DNA of 42,135 nucleotides from a virus (Duplodnaviria; Heunggongvirae; Uroviricota; Caudoviricetes): IMG/VR virus record IMGVR_UViG_2558860274_000001, positions 1 to 42,135 of that record; one strand, 5' to 3'. Shown piece by piece: positions 9,815 to 19,927 of this stretch (position 1 is its first letter; each line of letters starts with the position of its first letter). The notes under the pieces were generated by a model. It saw only the letters and a program-made list of their open reading frames with translations, ran no database searches and was not told where the DNA came from. The position numbers and the translations under genes were made by a program.

Positions 9815-12800
9815 TCAGACACTGCATAATCCTCCGTCCCGACGTGATGACTGCATAATTGACACAACCCTGCTGTCGATCAGATCCACCAGCCCCCTAG
9901 CTGACTGCGTATCTATCTCGCCATTGCTCCCTTTATTCTGAATACTGATGTGATACACGGGAGAATAAACAAATCCCCCGCCACCATTCACATTGCCAAT
10001 GGCTCTGACCCCAAGAGAGCCGTCCGCTGCCCGTGTCAGTGGCATGATAGCTTCAGGCCCGGCCTCGCCCATCAGCCCGGCACCTTTCGCAAAAGCAAAA
10101 TACGTCGGTGTATCCACAATAGTGTTACTGTAAGCACTCAGATTTGCCGATGTGTAAACACCACCTTTTGCGTTTGCCACTGCACCGGAAAGCCAGTCGC
10201 CGACCGTACCAAGCCATCCTCCGGCACCGGACATGCTTTTGGAAAGTGACTTCAGCCCGTTAACGATGGCAGCGTTCATCAGAATTTTTGAAACTTCCTG
10301 GAGAATTGAACTCCCCCAGTTTCTCCAGTCCACAACATTTCCGGCCAGTGCATCGGAAATATTTGATACCAGCCCGTCCATAGTGGAAACGACAGCATCT
10401 GCCGCCTGCGAAGCATAATCGGTGGCACTGTCTACCCAGTTCGTCAGTCCCTCCTGGAGGCCGGCATTCCAGTCACTGCGTAAAGCATCAGCCTTTGCAT
10501 AATAATCCTGCTGATCGCTGAGACGCTCTTCCAGATATTTCTCATTCAGCGATTTTTCCTGTTTCCACAGGGCTTCTTCAATTTCTCCGGCCTGATACTG
10601 TCTCAGTAGCTCGTTATTTTTCTGCTCAAACGCCTGCCGGATACTCCACATTTCCTGGAGTCGTTCACGCATCCGTGAGCCTTCACCATATCCCAGCAAC
10701 TGCGCGTCGTCAGATGCCCGGGCACTGGCATTACTGTCCGCCAGACTGCTTTCATACGCGGCAAGCTGCTCACGAATCTTTTTCTGGTCGATGAGTGCTG
10801 CATTCTGTAAAAGCGTTTTTTTCTGCGCTTCTGACAGGGTTGATAATTCGCCCTGACTGACCTGATATTTCATCTTAGCCAGTTCAGTATTCTGCCCTGC
10901 CAGTGCTATCTGTTCTTTTTGCTGTTTAATCAGCCGTTTATAAATATCTTCTGTTTTTTCCGCTTCGGTCTTTTTATGCGCTTTGGGTTTATTTGCCTGG
11001 TTATTTCGCCAGGCATCCAGTGAGTTATTGATATAATTCTGTCTGGCTGTCTGATATGCCTCCCCCACAAAGCCGAGATCATCCGCAGCATAGCCCAGTC
11101 GGGCACGCTCACGCGCTTCCCCCTTAAGGCGAGACAGAGCCAGTTCGCGCTTGCTGTTATTCAGTGCGGTCTGCTGTTTATCATCCAGGGTTGCCTGTGG
11201 CAGCCGTAATGGTACATTCACCAGCCCCTGTCGCTGCTGAAGTAATTCATTACCAAGCCCGAGAAGGCGATTAAACTCGGTATGCTGCCCATTCATGATC
11301 AACAGGGACTGATACGCTTTGTTTTGTTCCGCTGCCTGTTGACGGATCAACGCCACTCGTCGCTCCTCCAGCCCGGCAAGCACATCCTGAATGGATTGCG
11401 CTTTGCCCTGCATTTGGGTGAGACGGGACTGTTCAACTGCCAGTTGATTTGTTGCTTCTGCAAGCCCTTCTGTGACTGTTTTTACCGACGTCATGTGGTT
11501 AATCATAAAACCGTTATCGGTTGTCCAGCCCGGGTTTGCCAGCACATACTGATAGCCAGCAATTTTTTCCTGTAAGGATTTAATCTTACTTTTCTGCTCG
11601 TCAATTAACCTGTTCTGCTCCTTCAGTGCCTGTCGCGTCTTTTCCTCATTATCTGACGCTTCAGGAAGCGACATTGCCGACGTTTTCTGGCGAATTTCGT
11701 CGATTGTTGCGGCATACTGGCGTGCAGATTCTCTGGCCTGCTCCTGATTCTGATACATCGTGTACCAGGCCGCGGCCCCCAGCATGACAAGCCCCGGCAC
11801 CCCACCAACCAGTCCCAGTGCTCCACTTAACAGACGACTTCCCACTGACGTGACACTATTCAGCGTTGTCTGTGCTGCTGTTCTGGCCGCAATATTACGG
11901 GTAAGTGATGCTTGGGCAGCAGCCAGTTTCGCTTCTGCGGCTGCCTGCCTTTCGGTACCGCGAGCAGCAACAACCGCCTGTTGCGCACGATAAACCGCCG
12001 CACGCGCCCTGGCTGTTGCTATCTGTGTCCCCCGGAGCTGCGCTTCCGCAAGAGCCACTTCGTTTCTGGCTGCAGTAATTAATCCGGCAGTTGCAGATCC
12101 AGCAGAAGACGCCATATTGCCAAAATATCGGGCTACCCCGACGGCAACCAGAGCACCGGCAGCGGTTGCCACAGTGTCAATATTGCCTGCAATACCATTC
12201 AGCACACCGGAGAGCGTCTTCGTCACTCCGCTTGCCTCGTTCGCACCACCAACCCAGGCCATAAAGGCGTTTTCAACTTTGGTTGCAGAGGATGAAACCG
12301 TATCAGGCATTGCCGCATATTCATCACGTAATGCCCCAAGCTGACTAATCAGTGCAGGGACAACCTTATCGGCGGTCAACTTTCCGTTATCCGCCATGGC
12401 CTTCAGATCCTTACGGGCAACTCCCATTCCCGCAGCCAGCGCACGAATAACACGATCGCCGTTCTCATTCACCGAGTTAAACTCTTCACCACGCAGCACT
12501 CCCTGCGCCAGAGCCTGACTGAACTGCGTGATCACCGAACTGGCTTCTGCTGTACTGGCACCGGATAATTTCAGGCCCGTGGAGATCGCCTCGGTGACTT
12601 TCAGTACCTCCTCAGAACTGTAACCATACTCCCGCATGGAAGCTGCAGAACGGGCAAAAAGGCTGGCGTTATCAGAAAACGCCGTCCCCGTTCTCTGGCT
12701 GATCGCCATTAATTCACGCTGTGATGCCTGAAAATCATCACTGGACTGTGAGGCCTGCTTCAGACGGGCATTTACTGAATTCCACTCATCGGCGAGAGAA

Positions 12801-13060
12801 ATAAGATGACCGGTAGCAAAAGCCCCGGCAAATGCCCCCGTCATGTTCAGTGCCGAAGATTTAGCTGTATTTATCTGATCCGTCACTTCTGCCAGTGCAC
12901 GCCGCATTTCACGGGATACAGCAGCAGACTGTCGGCCTCCGTTCTGCATGGTGCGGTAGTAATCCTGCCCCATACGCGAAGCCCGGGATATCTCTGACTG
13001 GAATGACCGGGAGTTTGCCGAGATTTTAATAATCAGTTCACGTAATGTCGCCACACTCAT
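9815..13060 (-). CDS. H: Tail tape measure protein H
   Basis: 1081 aa, coiled-coil rich, position between T and M. Confidence 0.9.
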   Translation of the reverse strand: MSVATLRELIIKISANSRSFQSEISRASRMGQDYYRTMQNGGRQSAAVSREMRRALAEVTDQINTAKSSALNMTGAFAGAFATGHLISLADEWNSVNARLKQASQSSDDFQASQRELMAISQRTGTAFSDNASLFARSAASMREYGYSSEEVLKVTEAISTGLKLSGASTAEASSVITQFSQALAQGVLRGEEFNSVNENGDRVIRALAAGMGVARKDLKAMADNGKLTADKVVPALISQLGALRDEYAAMPDTVSSSATKVENAFMAWVGGANEASGVTKTLSGVLNGIAGNIDTVATAAGALVAVGVARYFGNMASSAGSATAGLITAARNEVALAEAQLRGTQIATARARAAVYRAQQAVVAARGTERQAAAEAKLAAAQASLTRNIAARTAAQTTLNSVTSVGSRLLSGALGLVGGVPGLVMLGAAAWYTMYQNQEQARESARQYAATIDEIRQKTSAMSLPEASDNEEKTRQALKEQNRLIDEQKSKIKSLQEKIAGYQYVLANPGWTTDNGFMINHMTSVKTVTEGLAEATNQLAVEQSRLTQMQGKAQSIQDVLAGLEERRVALIRQQAAEQNKAYQSLLIMNGQHTEFNRLLGLGNELLQQRQGLVNVPLRLPQATLDDKQQTALNNSKRELALSRLKGEARERARLGYAADDLGFVGEAYQTARQNYINNSLDAWRNNQANKPKAHKKTEAEKTEDIYKRLIKQQKEQIALAGQNTELAKMKYQVSQGELSTLSEAQKKTLLQNAALIDQKKIREQLAAYESSLADSNASARASDDAQLLGYGEGSRMRERLQEMWSIRQAFEQKNNELLRQYQAGEIEEALWKQEKSLNEKYLEERLSDQQDYYAKADALRSDWNAGLQEGLTNWVDSATDYASQAADAVVSTMDGLVSNISDALAGNVVDWRNWGSSILQEVSKILMNAAIVNGLKSLSKSMSGAGGWLGTVGDWLSGAVANAKGGVYTSANLSAYSNTIVDTPTYFAFAKGAGLMGEAGPEAIMPLTRAADGSLGVRAIGNVNGGGGFVYSPVYHISIQNKGSNGEIDTQSARGLVDLIDSRVVSIMQSSRRDGGLCSV

Positions 13061-13070
13061 TCTCCGGACG

Positions 13071-13095
13071 AAAAAAAACCGCCGAAGCGGTTTTT
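13071..13095 (-). terminator. Rho-independent terminator downstream of the Zn-ribbon moron and upstream of H
   Basis: A8-CCGCCGAAGCGG-T5; hairpin core CCGCCGAAGCGG. Confidence 0.55.
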
Positions 13096-13102
13096 GTATT
13101 CT

Positions 13103-13447
13103 TTAAAGAAGTCCGGCCTTACGCCTTGCTTCCTGAAGATATTCATCATCCGTTTTTTGTGAAACGGAACTATCTGCATTGCAAATTAAATCACTACCGC
13201 AATGCTTACATTTAATAGCCTCTTCTTTGATCAACTCCGCACAGTAAGGGCATTTCTTCATGCCATTGCTTACCATTTGTTGTTCATGTGCCTTCTCATC
13301 TCTTTGGATTACTAGCGAATGAACCAGAGCAACAATAAAGATCATCGCACCATATACCCACCATCCTAAAAATGAGCGACCTTTGCTTTTCGCAATAATA
13401 GCTGGAATTAGTCCCAAAACTATTGAAATAAGTAAAAATTCCATCAA
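13103..13447 (-). CDS. Moron: small membrane protein with two predicted TM helices and a C-terminal CxxC...CxxC zinc ribbon
   Basis: 114 aa [18 protein letters not shown]...[22 protein letters not shown]; inserted between T and H where lambda has no gene; own terminator. Confidence 0.6.
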   Translation of the reverse strand: MMEFLLISIVLGLIPAIIAKSKGRSFLGWWVYGAMIFIVALVHSLVIQRDEKAHEQQMVSNGMKKCPYCAELIKEEAIKCKHCGSDLICNADSSVSQKTDDEYLQEARRKAGLL

Positions 13448-13501
13448 TGTTTCCTTACTTTCTCAATAAAATGGGAATAATAATCCAGTCAAGTGAAAAG
13501 A

Positions 13502-13813
13502 TCATCGAGCTGCAACAAATAATGCCTTCTCAATCTCAGCAAATGGATCTGAGGTGCCTTCTGTCTGCTCCTTCTCCCACTGAAGAAGCGCATCATTCAG
13601 TGGCACTTTGACCCCCTGCGCACCGTAAACAGCTGAAACAATCTGGGCAGCCCGGATATCAGCCCGTTCGTCCCCCAGCGGACTGAACCTGTCAAATTCT
13701 GCCCACATCATGATTTCTGATGCTGACATTTCCCGGCGTAACTCTGACAATGTGCGCCCCATCCTGAGCGCCAGCATCATCAGAAAACGCATCCCCGGAA
13801 GCGCTACTTTTTT
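13502..13813 (-). CDS. T: Tail assembly protein T portion, expressed as G-T fusion by programmed -1 frameshift
   Basis: Open frame continues in -1 frame from the slippery heptamer A AAA AAG (minus strand, about 13807..13813) at the end of G. Confidence 0.7.
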   Translation of the reverse strand, partial: KKVALPGMRFLMMLALRMGRTLSELRREMSASEIMMWAEFDRFSPLGDERADIRAAQIVSAVYGAQGVKVPLNDALLQWEKEQTEGTSDPFAEIEKALFVAAR

Positions 13814-14190
13814 TTAACCTCGCCGGCATCACTGATCAGTTCCAGAGACTGCCGAAGAAGCCGCGCATGCACCGGACCATACACGGCAATCACCTGTTCA
13901 CGATCATCCTCTGAAAATACAGGTTGCAGTCCGGTATCACACAGAACATCAATGAACAGTTCAACATCTGCCTCCAGATTTCGGCGGGCGCGCTCCGCAA
14001 CGGATAACGGTGTCTCATCATCTTTTGCTTTAACGATCTCCTGCCAGCGCAACCAGGCTTCTGCAGAAGGTTCCCGTAATACAACCGTTGCTCCCTCCCA
14101 TTCAGGCACATCAACAGTTTTATGGCGAAACCCCGACATCGTTGCCAGTGCCAGATTACGGATATTTTTAGTCATCACATCTATCCTCAT
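13804..14190 (-). CDS. G: Tail assembly chaperone G
   Basis: 128 aa, acidic, ends GEVKKK on the slippery site; position between V and T/H. Confidence 0.75.
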   Translation of the reverse strand: MRIDVMTKNIRNLALATMSGFRHKTVDVPEWEGATVVLREPSAEAWLRWQEIVKAKDDETPLSVAERARRNLEADVELFIDVLCDTGLQPVFSEDDREQVIAVYGPVHARLLRQSLELISDAGEVKKK

Positions 14191-14894
14191 TAACTGACGG
14201 TAACAGTGCAGGAAGTGGAGGTCACTTTGTTAACCGGGCTTGCTGAATCAGAAATCTCGCAGGTATACGCACCGGCATCACCGGATGCTGCTGATGCCTT
14301 ACTGAACGTTGCCGCCGTCTGTCCGGAAACAGGAGAACCACCTTTCTTCCAGACATAAGAATAAGGCGGCACACCACCGGCAGCCTCAACCACCATTTCG
14401 AGTTTCGCTCCGGCAGAAACCTGCAGCGTGCTGTTTAAATCGACCTTCACTTTCAGTGGCTCTGTCGTCAGTACAGGTTTACCTTTCAGGCGCAGGGAAA
14501 ACGTTGCAGCCACAACTCCATTGGTTCCTGCAGACCAGGTATGCTGACGCACCTCTGCCATAAAGGTAAATCCGTTGCCTGACGGAAAAATAACTTTAAA
14601 GCCATACGTGGTGTCATTGTCATAGGCACTGCGCAACGCGTTCTGGGCAGCATTCAGATAAAAGTTGCCTGACATGGAAATCTCTGACGCGGCACCAAGA
14701 CCGTTAATATTTTCCTGCTCAACAGAACACAGCGTGGTGACATCAATATCCTGTTTCTGCCCGGCGGTAAACTGAACCTCTTTAATCGTACAGCTCAGTT
14801 CAAGAAAACTGGCAGAACTCAGCGTTTCTGCCGTTACCGGTGCAGACGAGATCATGACTTTGGTCTGCTGAGAACGTTCAAAATTAGAGGACAT
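14190..14894 (-). CDS. V: Major tail protein V with C-terminal Ig-like domain
   Basis: 234 aa; position and size; Ig-like C-terminal segment. Confidence 0.8.
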   Translation of the reverse strand: MSSNFERSQQTKVMISSAPVTAETLSSASFLELSCTIKEVQFTAGQKQDIDVTTLCSVEQENINGLGAASEISMSGNFYLNAAQNALRSAYDNDTTYGFKVIFPSGNGFTFMAEVRQHTWSAGTNGVVAATFSLRLKGKPVLTTEPLKVKVDLNSTLQVSAGAKLEMVVEAAGGVPPYSYVWKKGGSPVSGQTAATFSKASAASGDAGAYTCEISDSASPVNKVTSTSCTVTVS

Positions 14895-14911
14895 ACTCGT
14901 CTCCTGAAAAT

Positions 14912-14933
14912 AAAAAAACCCGCCAGCGGCGGG
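14912..14933 (-). terminator. Intrinsic terminator-like hairpin inside the late operon, between the tail terminator gene and V
   Basis: Minus strand CCCGCC-GCT-GGCGGG followed by TTTTTTT. Confidence 0.5.
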
Positions 14934-14954
14934 TGGGTAAAATCATTAACGATC

Positions 14955-15299
14955 TCAGGCTATTACCTGAAATTCAAGCGTGGCTCTGCTCAGACGGGAA
15001 TCAGGATCATAACCCTGCGTTTTAGAAATAACGGAGGGTGCCAGTTGCCTTACCGCATCAAGCGCCTGCTCACGGATATCATCTGCGTCATCAGGTACTG
15101 TCGCCCAGACATCGATCTGCACGGTAATTCTTGATTCAGCCTGACCATCAAGCACATCAGACGCAGTGTCAGACACCACAGAAAATACCAGCCATGGCGG
15201 AGATACCGCAGGCTTTCCCTCCGTCAGCGGGACCACATAAGGATAAACCTGTCCTCCGGCCAGTTGAGACAGCAGGGAATACAGTGTGGTCTCTCTCAT
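14955..15299 (-). CDS. Tail terminator / tail completion protein (U-like)
   Basis: 114 aa, position immediately upstream of major tail gene. Confidence 0.6.
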   Translation of the reverse strand: MRETTLYSLLSQLAGGQVYPYVVPLTEGKPAVSPPWLVFSVVSDTASDVLDGQAESRITVQIDVWATVPDDADDIREQALDAVRQLAPSVISKTQGYDPDSRLSRATLEFQVIA

Positions 15300-15745
15300 T
15301 TACTTAAGACCTCATCAATAGCCTGATTCATTCGCTGTATGGCAATCTGTGCTGCCAGTTCCTCTGTCGTATCGAAAGCCGGGCGAATGAACGGATGCGC
15401 GGGCATGTTTATCGTTCCCAGCTCCACAAAGCGCCAGTAAAACGCATTTCGGGGATCGCTGGCTTTCATGCTGTTATCACTGTTTCCGGTTCGCAGGTTC
15501 CGTCCACGAATGTGGACACCCGAGATAATTTCCCCCCGACGCTTTGAACGCTGCGTGAGAACAACCACATTTTTCTTCAGTTTCCCGGTTCGCTCCGGCG
15601 CACGTTCAACAACTGCATCCCGCATAACTTCAGCACCGGCACGGGTGGCATCGCGCAGAACCTTATTGTTTTCTGCCCTGCTGAGCGTCTCCAGATCCCG
15701 TGCAATATCCGCCAGACCTGAAAAATCAAGACTGAAATCCATCAC
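15296..15745 (-). CDS. Head-tail joining protein (HK97 gp10-like)
   Basis: 149 aa, position in head-tail connector block; overlapping stop/start with neighbours. Confidence 0.55.
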   Translation of the reverse strand: MMDFSLDFSGLADIARDLETLSRAENNKVLRDATRAGAEVMRDAVVERAPERTGKLKKNVVVLTQRSKRRGEIISGVHIRGRNLRTGNSDNSMKASDPRNAFYWRFVELGTINMPAHPFIRPAFDTTEELAAQIAIQRMNQAIDEVLSK

Positions 15746-16080
15746 ACATTCCCCTTCTGAGAACAGAGTATCTCAAGCCGGGTGGCACGGGCATCCGGTA
15801 TCGGCGGACCGTCTATACTCAGAATCGCGCCTTTGAATGCGCCAGTCAGCACTTTCAGACATGAAGTTGCTGTCACATCTCGCCGGAATCTCATCCAGAC
15901 CCTCACTGTAGCCTGAGCAGTTTCTGCGCCTCCGGATATTCTCTCCCTGCCACTGATCCCCTTAACTTCTGCCCATATGGTTGCCCCTTCCGTCATTGTT
16001 TCCACAGGGTGCCCTGATGGAGACCGAACGGTGGTGGCATTCAGAATAACCACACGATCACGTAATCTTCCTGCCTGCAT
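15742..16080 (-). CDS. Head closure / head-tail adaptor protein
   Basis: 112 aa, position after connector protein. Confidence 0.55.
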   Translation of the reverse strand: MQAGRLRDRVVILNATTVRSPSGHPVETMTEGATIWAEVKGISGRERISGGAETAQATVRVWMRFRRDVTATSCLKVLTGAFKGAILSIDGPPIPDARATRLEILCSQKGNV

Positions 16081-16088
16081 GAATCCTC

Positions 16089-16394
16089 CTATGTCCCGGG
16101 ATGAAACCGATACATCCGCAGTCCGGTATAGAAAAAATCAGGCACTGCATCCTGCATTTCCCTGTTCTCGTACCAGTAGCCAACCAGTTGCATAAGACGC
16201 AGTTTTATCAGAGGTGTTATTACAAGCCCGGTCGTATCCTGCTCAGAAACAGTTTCATCGTAAAGCGTCCGGTTTAAAAACTTTTCAGCCTCTTCCCTGG
16301 CGGCAGCCAGATACATCATAAGAAGAGAATTCTCCTGTTCATTGTCATCATCAATCCGGCACTGAACACGAAGCTCTTCCAGAGTGGGCATCAT
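16089..16394 (-). CDS. Head-tail connector protein (gp6-like)
   Basis: 101 aa, acidic, downstream of major capsid gene. Confidence 0.55.
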   Translation of the reverse strand: MMPTLEELRVQCRIDDDNEQENSLLMMYLAAAREEAEKFLNRTLYDETVSEQDTTGLVITPLIKLRLMQLVGYWYENREMQDAVPDFFYTGLRMYRFHPGT

Positions 16395-16405
16395 TTGGGC
16401 AACCT

Positions 16406-16594
16406 CTATGAATGCTGTTTTTTAGACTTATCAGCCCCCCGCGCAACAGGTGTTCTCTTTTCAGAGACAATCCCAGCTGCAGTGGCAATTTCGCGTACCC
16501 GTTCGGGTAATTCTTTATCTTCATACTCACCGGCCCGAATAATCTCAACACACATACCGTCCGGTGACCATTTCAGATCTTGTTTCAGGATCAT
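16406..16594 (-). CDS. Small hypothetical protein between capsid and connector genes
   Basis: 62-aa ORF, tight spacing in operon. Confidence 0.35.
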   Translation of the reverse strand: MILKQDLKWSPDGMCVEIIRAGEYEDKELPERVREIATAAGIVSEKRTPVARGADKSKKQHS

Positions 16595-16644
16595 GATTCT
16601 TTCACCTGTCAGAACAGGGGCGCACTTCTGCGCCCCCTGAATGA

Positions 16645-17850
16645 TTACGCCGCTGCAATCTTCAGCAGTTTGATGGCCTGCGAATCGACCAGCATTCCGC
16701 CGGTGCGCTTGGTGGTATAAAAACCGACAAACGGTTTATTGGTGTACGGGTCACGCAGAATGCGGGTACCGATACGGTCAACGATGGTGTAACCCCGTTT
16801 GAAGTTACCAAATGCAATGGCTTTCGCATCAGCGGCAATATCCGGCATCTGTTCGTTTTCAGCGATACCGTAACCCGCCAGAGAGGACGGCTGCCCCAGC
16901 TCCAGCCCCGGACGCCACAGATAGTTACCCTCGGTGTCTTTCAGCAGACGAATGGCAAACAGGCTGTTGTTGTTCATCATGAACTTCGCGCCGGTGCGGT
17001 GTGCCTTACGCAGCGTGTAAATCAGTTTGATAATGGCATCTGCAGTCACTGCCGTCGCTTCGCCGGATACAATATGCTGAAGTTTGCCGAACGCCCGGAC
17101 CTTGTCGGTTTCATCAGTGGATTCATACGCCAGGAACCCTTTCGGCTTCTTGGTACCATCGCCGGTGGTAAAGGCAATTTCTTCCTGTTCGGCAAATTCG
17201 GTTGCCAGCTCGCTGTTGATCCAGGCCTCCACGTTGAAAAAGGCATCATCCAGCATTTTCTGGGTGGCCTGCGGGTTACCGTAGATTTCCCCCATGAAAG
17301 GTTCAATCAGTCCCAGTTTTGAGGTGGCAGTCTGGGAGCGCGCGTCAGTCTCGCCAACCCATCCGGAAGCCGTGCCGCCCAGATTCACCAGTTTTTTGTA
17401 GTCGGAACCGCCAACGGTGATCACCGTGGCTTCCTGGCGCATCACCACTTCATCTTTCAGCAGGTTGAGAATGTTGCGATCCAGTGCTTCCGGCACGGCA
17501 TAGCCACCGTCTTCATCGGTGCCCACCTGCAATGCCTTACGCTCCAGATCGCGCAGACCGTCTTCACGGCCTTTACGCAGGAAGTCCACAAACGCCTCTT
17601 TATGCTCGGTGGCCAGTTTATTTTGCGCACCACCTGCCGGACGTTTCAGCTCAAGCAGCTCTTTTTCAAGGTCGCTTTTGAGATTTTCCAGCTCGCTGAG
17701 TTTTCCGTTCAGGGTTTCCACCTGCCCGGCAAGTTTGCCTTTTTCCTGCTCAATCGCCTCCACGCGCTTGTCGTTCTTTGCCTTGAAGTCGTCAAACTTC
17801 TGCTGCAGCTCCTGCGCGACCTGTTCGACATCTTTAATATCAACCGCCAT
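16645..17850 (-). CDS. Major capsid protein, HK97 family
   Basis: 401 aa with N-terminal coiled-coil delta-domain-like region; follows prohead protease. Confidence 0.85.
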   Translation of the reverse strand: MAVDIKDVEQVAQELQQKFDDFKAKNDKRVEAIEQEKGKLAGQVETLNGKLSELENLKSDLEKELLELKRPAGGAQNKLATEHKEAFVDFLRKGREDGLRDLERKALQVGTDEDGGYAVPEALDRNILNLLKDEVVMRQEATVITVGGSDYKKLVNLGGTASGWVGETDARSQTATSKLGLIEPFMGEIYGNPQATQKMLDDAFFNVEAWINSELATEFAEQEEIAFTTGDGTKKPKGFLAYESTDETDKVRAFGKLQHIVSGEATAVTADAIIKLIYTLRKAHRTGAKFMMNNNSLFAIRLLKDTEGNYLWRPGLELGQPSSLAGYGIAENEQMPDIAADAKAIAFGNFKRGYTIVDRIGTRILRDPYTNKPFVGFYTTKRTGGMLVDSQAIKLLKIAAA

Positions 17851-17864
17851 CGTATTTCTCCTGA

Positions 17865-18515
17865 TTAGAAGTTCAGATTTTTCAGTGCATTCAGTGCAGA
17901 GCCCACATCCTCAGCGTCGCGCAGGGACAGTGCGCCATAGCCCCCGGCCATGAATGCTTTGGCCTGGGTACGGGAGAGTCCGACATCACGCAGGACTCTT
18001 TCGATTTTTTTCTGTTCGGGGATTTCCCCGCGGGCCAGTGCGTTCTTGACGTCGCTGATCCGCGCCTCGTCGTTAGACGGGAACGTCACCAGGCTGACTT
18101 CCCAGAGGTCGATTTCTTTCAGCAGAAAGGCTTCTTTGCTCCGGTCGTATTCCCAGTCTTTCAGGACGTACCCAATAGAAAGGCCGGTTAACGAACCGGC
18201 CTTCATGTGTGCATGTGCGCGTTTTGCGAGGGGATCATCATCAATAAGCAACCGTCCCCTGACGTAAAGCCCGACATCGTCTTCCTTCATTTCGGTGTAA
18301 ACACCGATGGGTTCATCCATGCGGTGCTGCCAGAGCAGCGCAGGTAACGCTTTTCTGTCACTCCACGCCCGCAGGGAAGCAGCAAATGCCCCGGACATCA
18401 CCACATCATCGTGGCTGTCCTTTACACCAAAGACGGAGCCATACCCTTCAAACTCACCGGAGTCACTGACAGATTTCAGACTCAGCGGTACATCAAGACG
18501 TTGTTTCGTCTGCAT
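17865..18515 (-). CDS. Prohead protease (HK97 family)
   Basis: Start placed at internal ATG (MQTKQRLDVPL...) after RBS AAGGA; track ORF extends to 18551 and would overlap portal. Confidence 0.8.
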   Translation of the reverse strand: MQTKQRLDVPLSLKSVSDSGEFEGYGSVFGVKDSHDDVVMSGAFAASLRAWSDRKALPALLWQHRMDEPIGVYTEMKEDDVGLYVRGRLLIDDDPLAKRAHAHMKAGSLTGLSIGYVLKDWEYDRSKEAFLLKEIDLWEVSLVTFPSNDEARISDVKNALARGEIPEQKKIERVLRDVGLSRTQAKAFMAGGYGALSLRDAEDVGSALNALKNLNF

Positions 18516-19734
18516 TGGCGTTATCCTTCTGCTTACCGGCTTTACTGCCATCGGAGGGTTTCGTGGTCATGTTCATCGGTGTGAGATAGACATCACCACC
18601 GGGACGCGGATTCATATCTTCCAGGTCGCGGCAGTCATTGGGAGAGTAAATTCCCCAGTTAATCCCGGTGGCGTAGGCTTCAAAACGGGACTTCATATCC
18701 CCGCGCAGTAACGCCCCGGCGTTAAATTTGGCGTAATAAACGCCCTGCTTACTTTTTCGTACCAGTCCGGTGTTGATCCGCTGTTCGATGCGGGTCAGAT
18801 ACGGCACCAGTGAATAGTTGATAAATCCGAGCCCCAGCTCTTCGATATTGTTGAAGGTGGCGCGATCGGTGTTCTGCACCATGTGCAACGGCACCCGGAA
18901 CAGACGACAGATTTCTTCAAGCTGAAACTTGCGGGTTTCCAGAAACTGGCTGTCCTCGGCGTTCAGCGCCATCGACTTCCAGTCCAGCCCCATCTCAAGG
19001 ATCATCGGGCGGTGAGCATTACCAAGCCCGGTGTGACGCTCCTCAAAATCTTTCTTCAGGCGCTCATAAGCCTGATCTGACAGCGTCTGTTCAGTACGCA
19101 ACACACCGGACGTCACCGCACCATTGCTGAACAGCCTGGCCCCGTGCTCTTCGGTCGCCGCTGCCAGCGATATTGCCTCGCGGGCATAGGCGACGGGATT
19201 CAGCCCCACCAGACCGTCCAGCGTCAGCGTGCGCACATGCCAGATATCCTCCTGGGTCAGCACATCCGTGGAACCGTCCGGGAATGTGACCTGATAGACC
19301 GGCTCCCAGCTACTGTTAAGCTTCGGCACCACACAGCCAGGATCGACGGGCAGCAGTTCAGCCACTTCGCCAAATGCTTTCACTTTGTAAGCATAAAAGT
19401 TTCCCCGCAGGCACAGACAGGTGACCACCAGCTCCCAGAACTCCTGCGGCGTCATATAGCCATTGGGATGCGTGGAGATCAGCTTATGCAGACGTTCGCC
19501 GGTGGCTCTCTGTTTCAGGCTGCCGTTCAGGTGATACAGATTGCAGGGCAACATCCCGACCGACTCTGCCAGCACCCTGACGCAGGAAAAAACCGCCGTC
19601 AGTCGCATGGCCCGCTGGCTGCTGATCTGCTTTCCGGTATAGGTGTCATATGACAGCCCGATAGCATCCGCCAGTTCTGCTGGCGTGGTCACCGGCGCGT
19701 CACTTTTTCGTTGAAATAATCCCGAAAAGAACAC
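18493..19734 (-). CDS. Portal protein (HK97 family)
   Basis: 413 aa, between large terminase and protease. Confidence 0.85.
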   Translation of the reverse strand: MFFSGLFQRKSDAPVTTPAELADAIGLSYDTYTGKQISSQRAMRLTAVFSCVRVLAESVGMLPCNLYHLNGSLKQRATGERLHKLISTHPNGYMTPQEFWELVVTCLCLRGNFYAYKVKAFGEVAELLPVDPGCVVPKLNSSWEPVYQVTFPDGSTDVLTQEDIWHVRTLTLDGLVGLNPVAYAREAISLAAATEEHGARLFSNGAVTSGVLRTEQTLSDQAYERLKKDFEERHTGLGNAHRPMILEMGLDWKSMALNAEDSQFLETRKFQLEEICRLFRVPLHMVQNTDRATFNNIEELGLGFINYSLVPYLTRIEQRINTGLVRKSKQGVYYAKFNAGALLRGDMKSRFEAYATGINWGIYSPNDCRDLEDMNPRPGGDVYLTPMNMTTKPSDGSKAGKQKDNANADETTS

Positions 19735-19916
19735 TATTTACCTCCGCCGACAGACGACTGTGTACGGTCGAGATATCGCGCCACCAGCCACGACCAGAGC
19801 AGGCACAGCACCCCGGCAACAACAAAACCCGCCGGGGGATAAATCAGCCAGGCACCATACGCCAGCAAAAGCGCACCCAGCACGCCCACCAGTGGCGCGA
19901 GAATTATCAGAAACAT
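19734..19916 (-). CDS. Small membrane protein
   Basis: 60 aa, two hydrophobic segments; between terminase and portal. Confidence 0.4.
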   Translation of the reverse strand: MFLIILAPLVGVLGALLLAYGAWLIYPPAGFVVAGVLCLLWSWLVARYLDRTQSSVGGGK

Positions 19917-19927
19917 AATGACCTCGG

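Noticed and set aside
17519-17953. 144-aa and other plus-strand ORFs across capsid, portal and terminase genes (for example 19144..19653, 20345..20947)
   Set aside because: All antisense to well-supported structural genes on the minus strand; no start signals; compositional bias consistent with non-coding frames.
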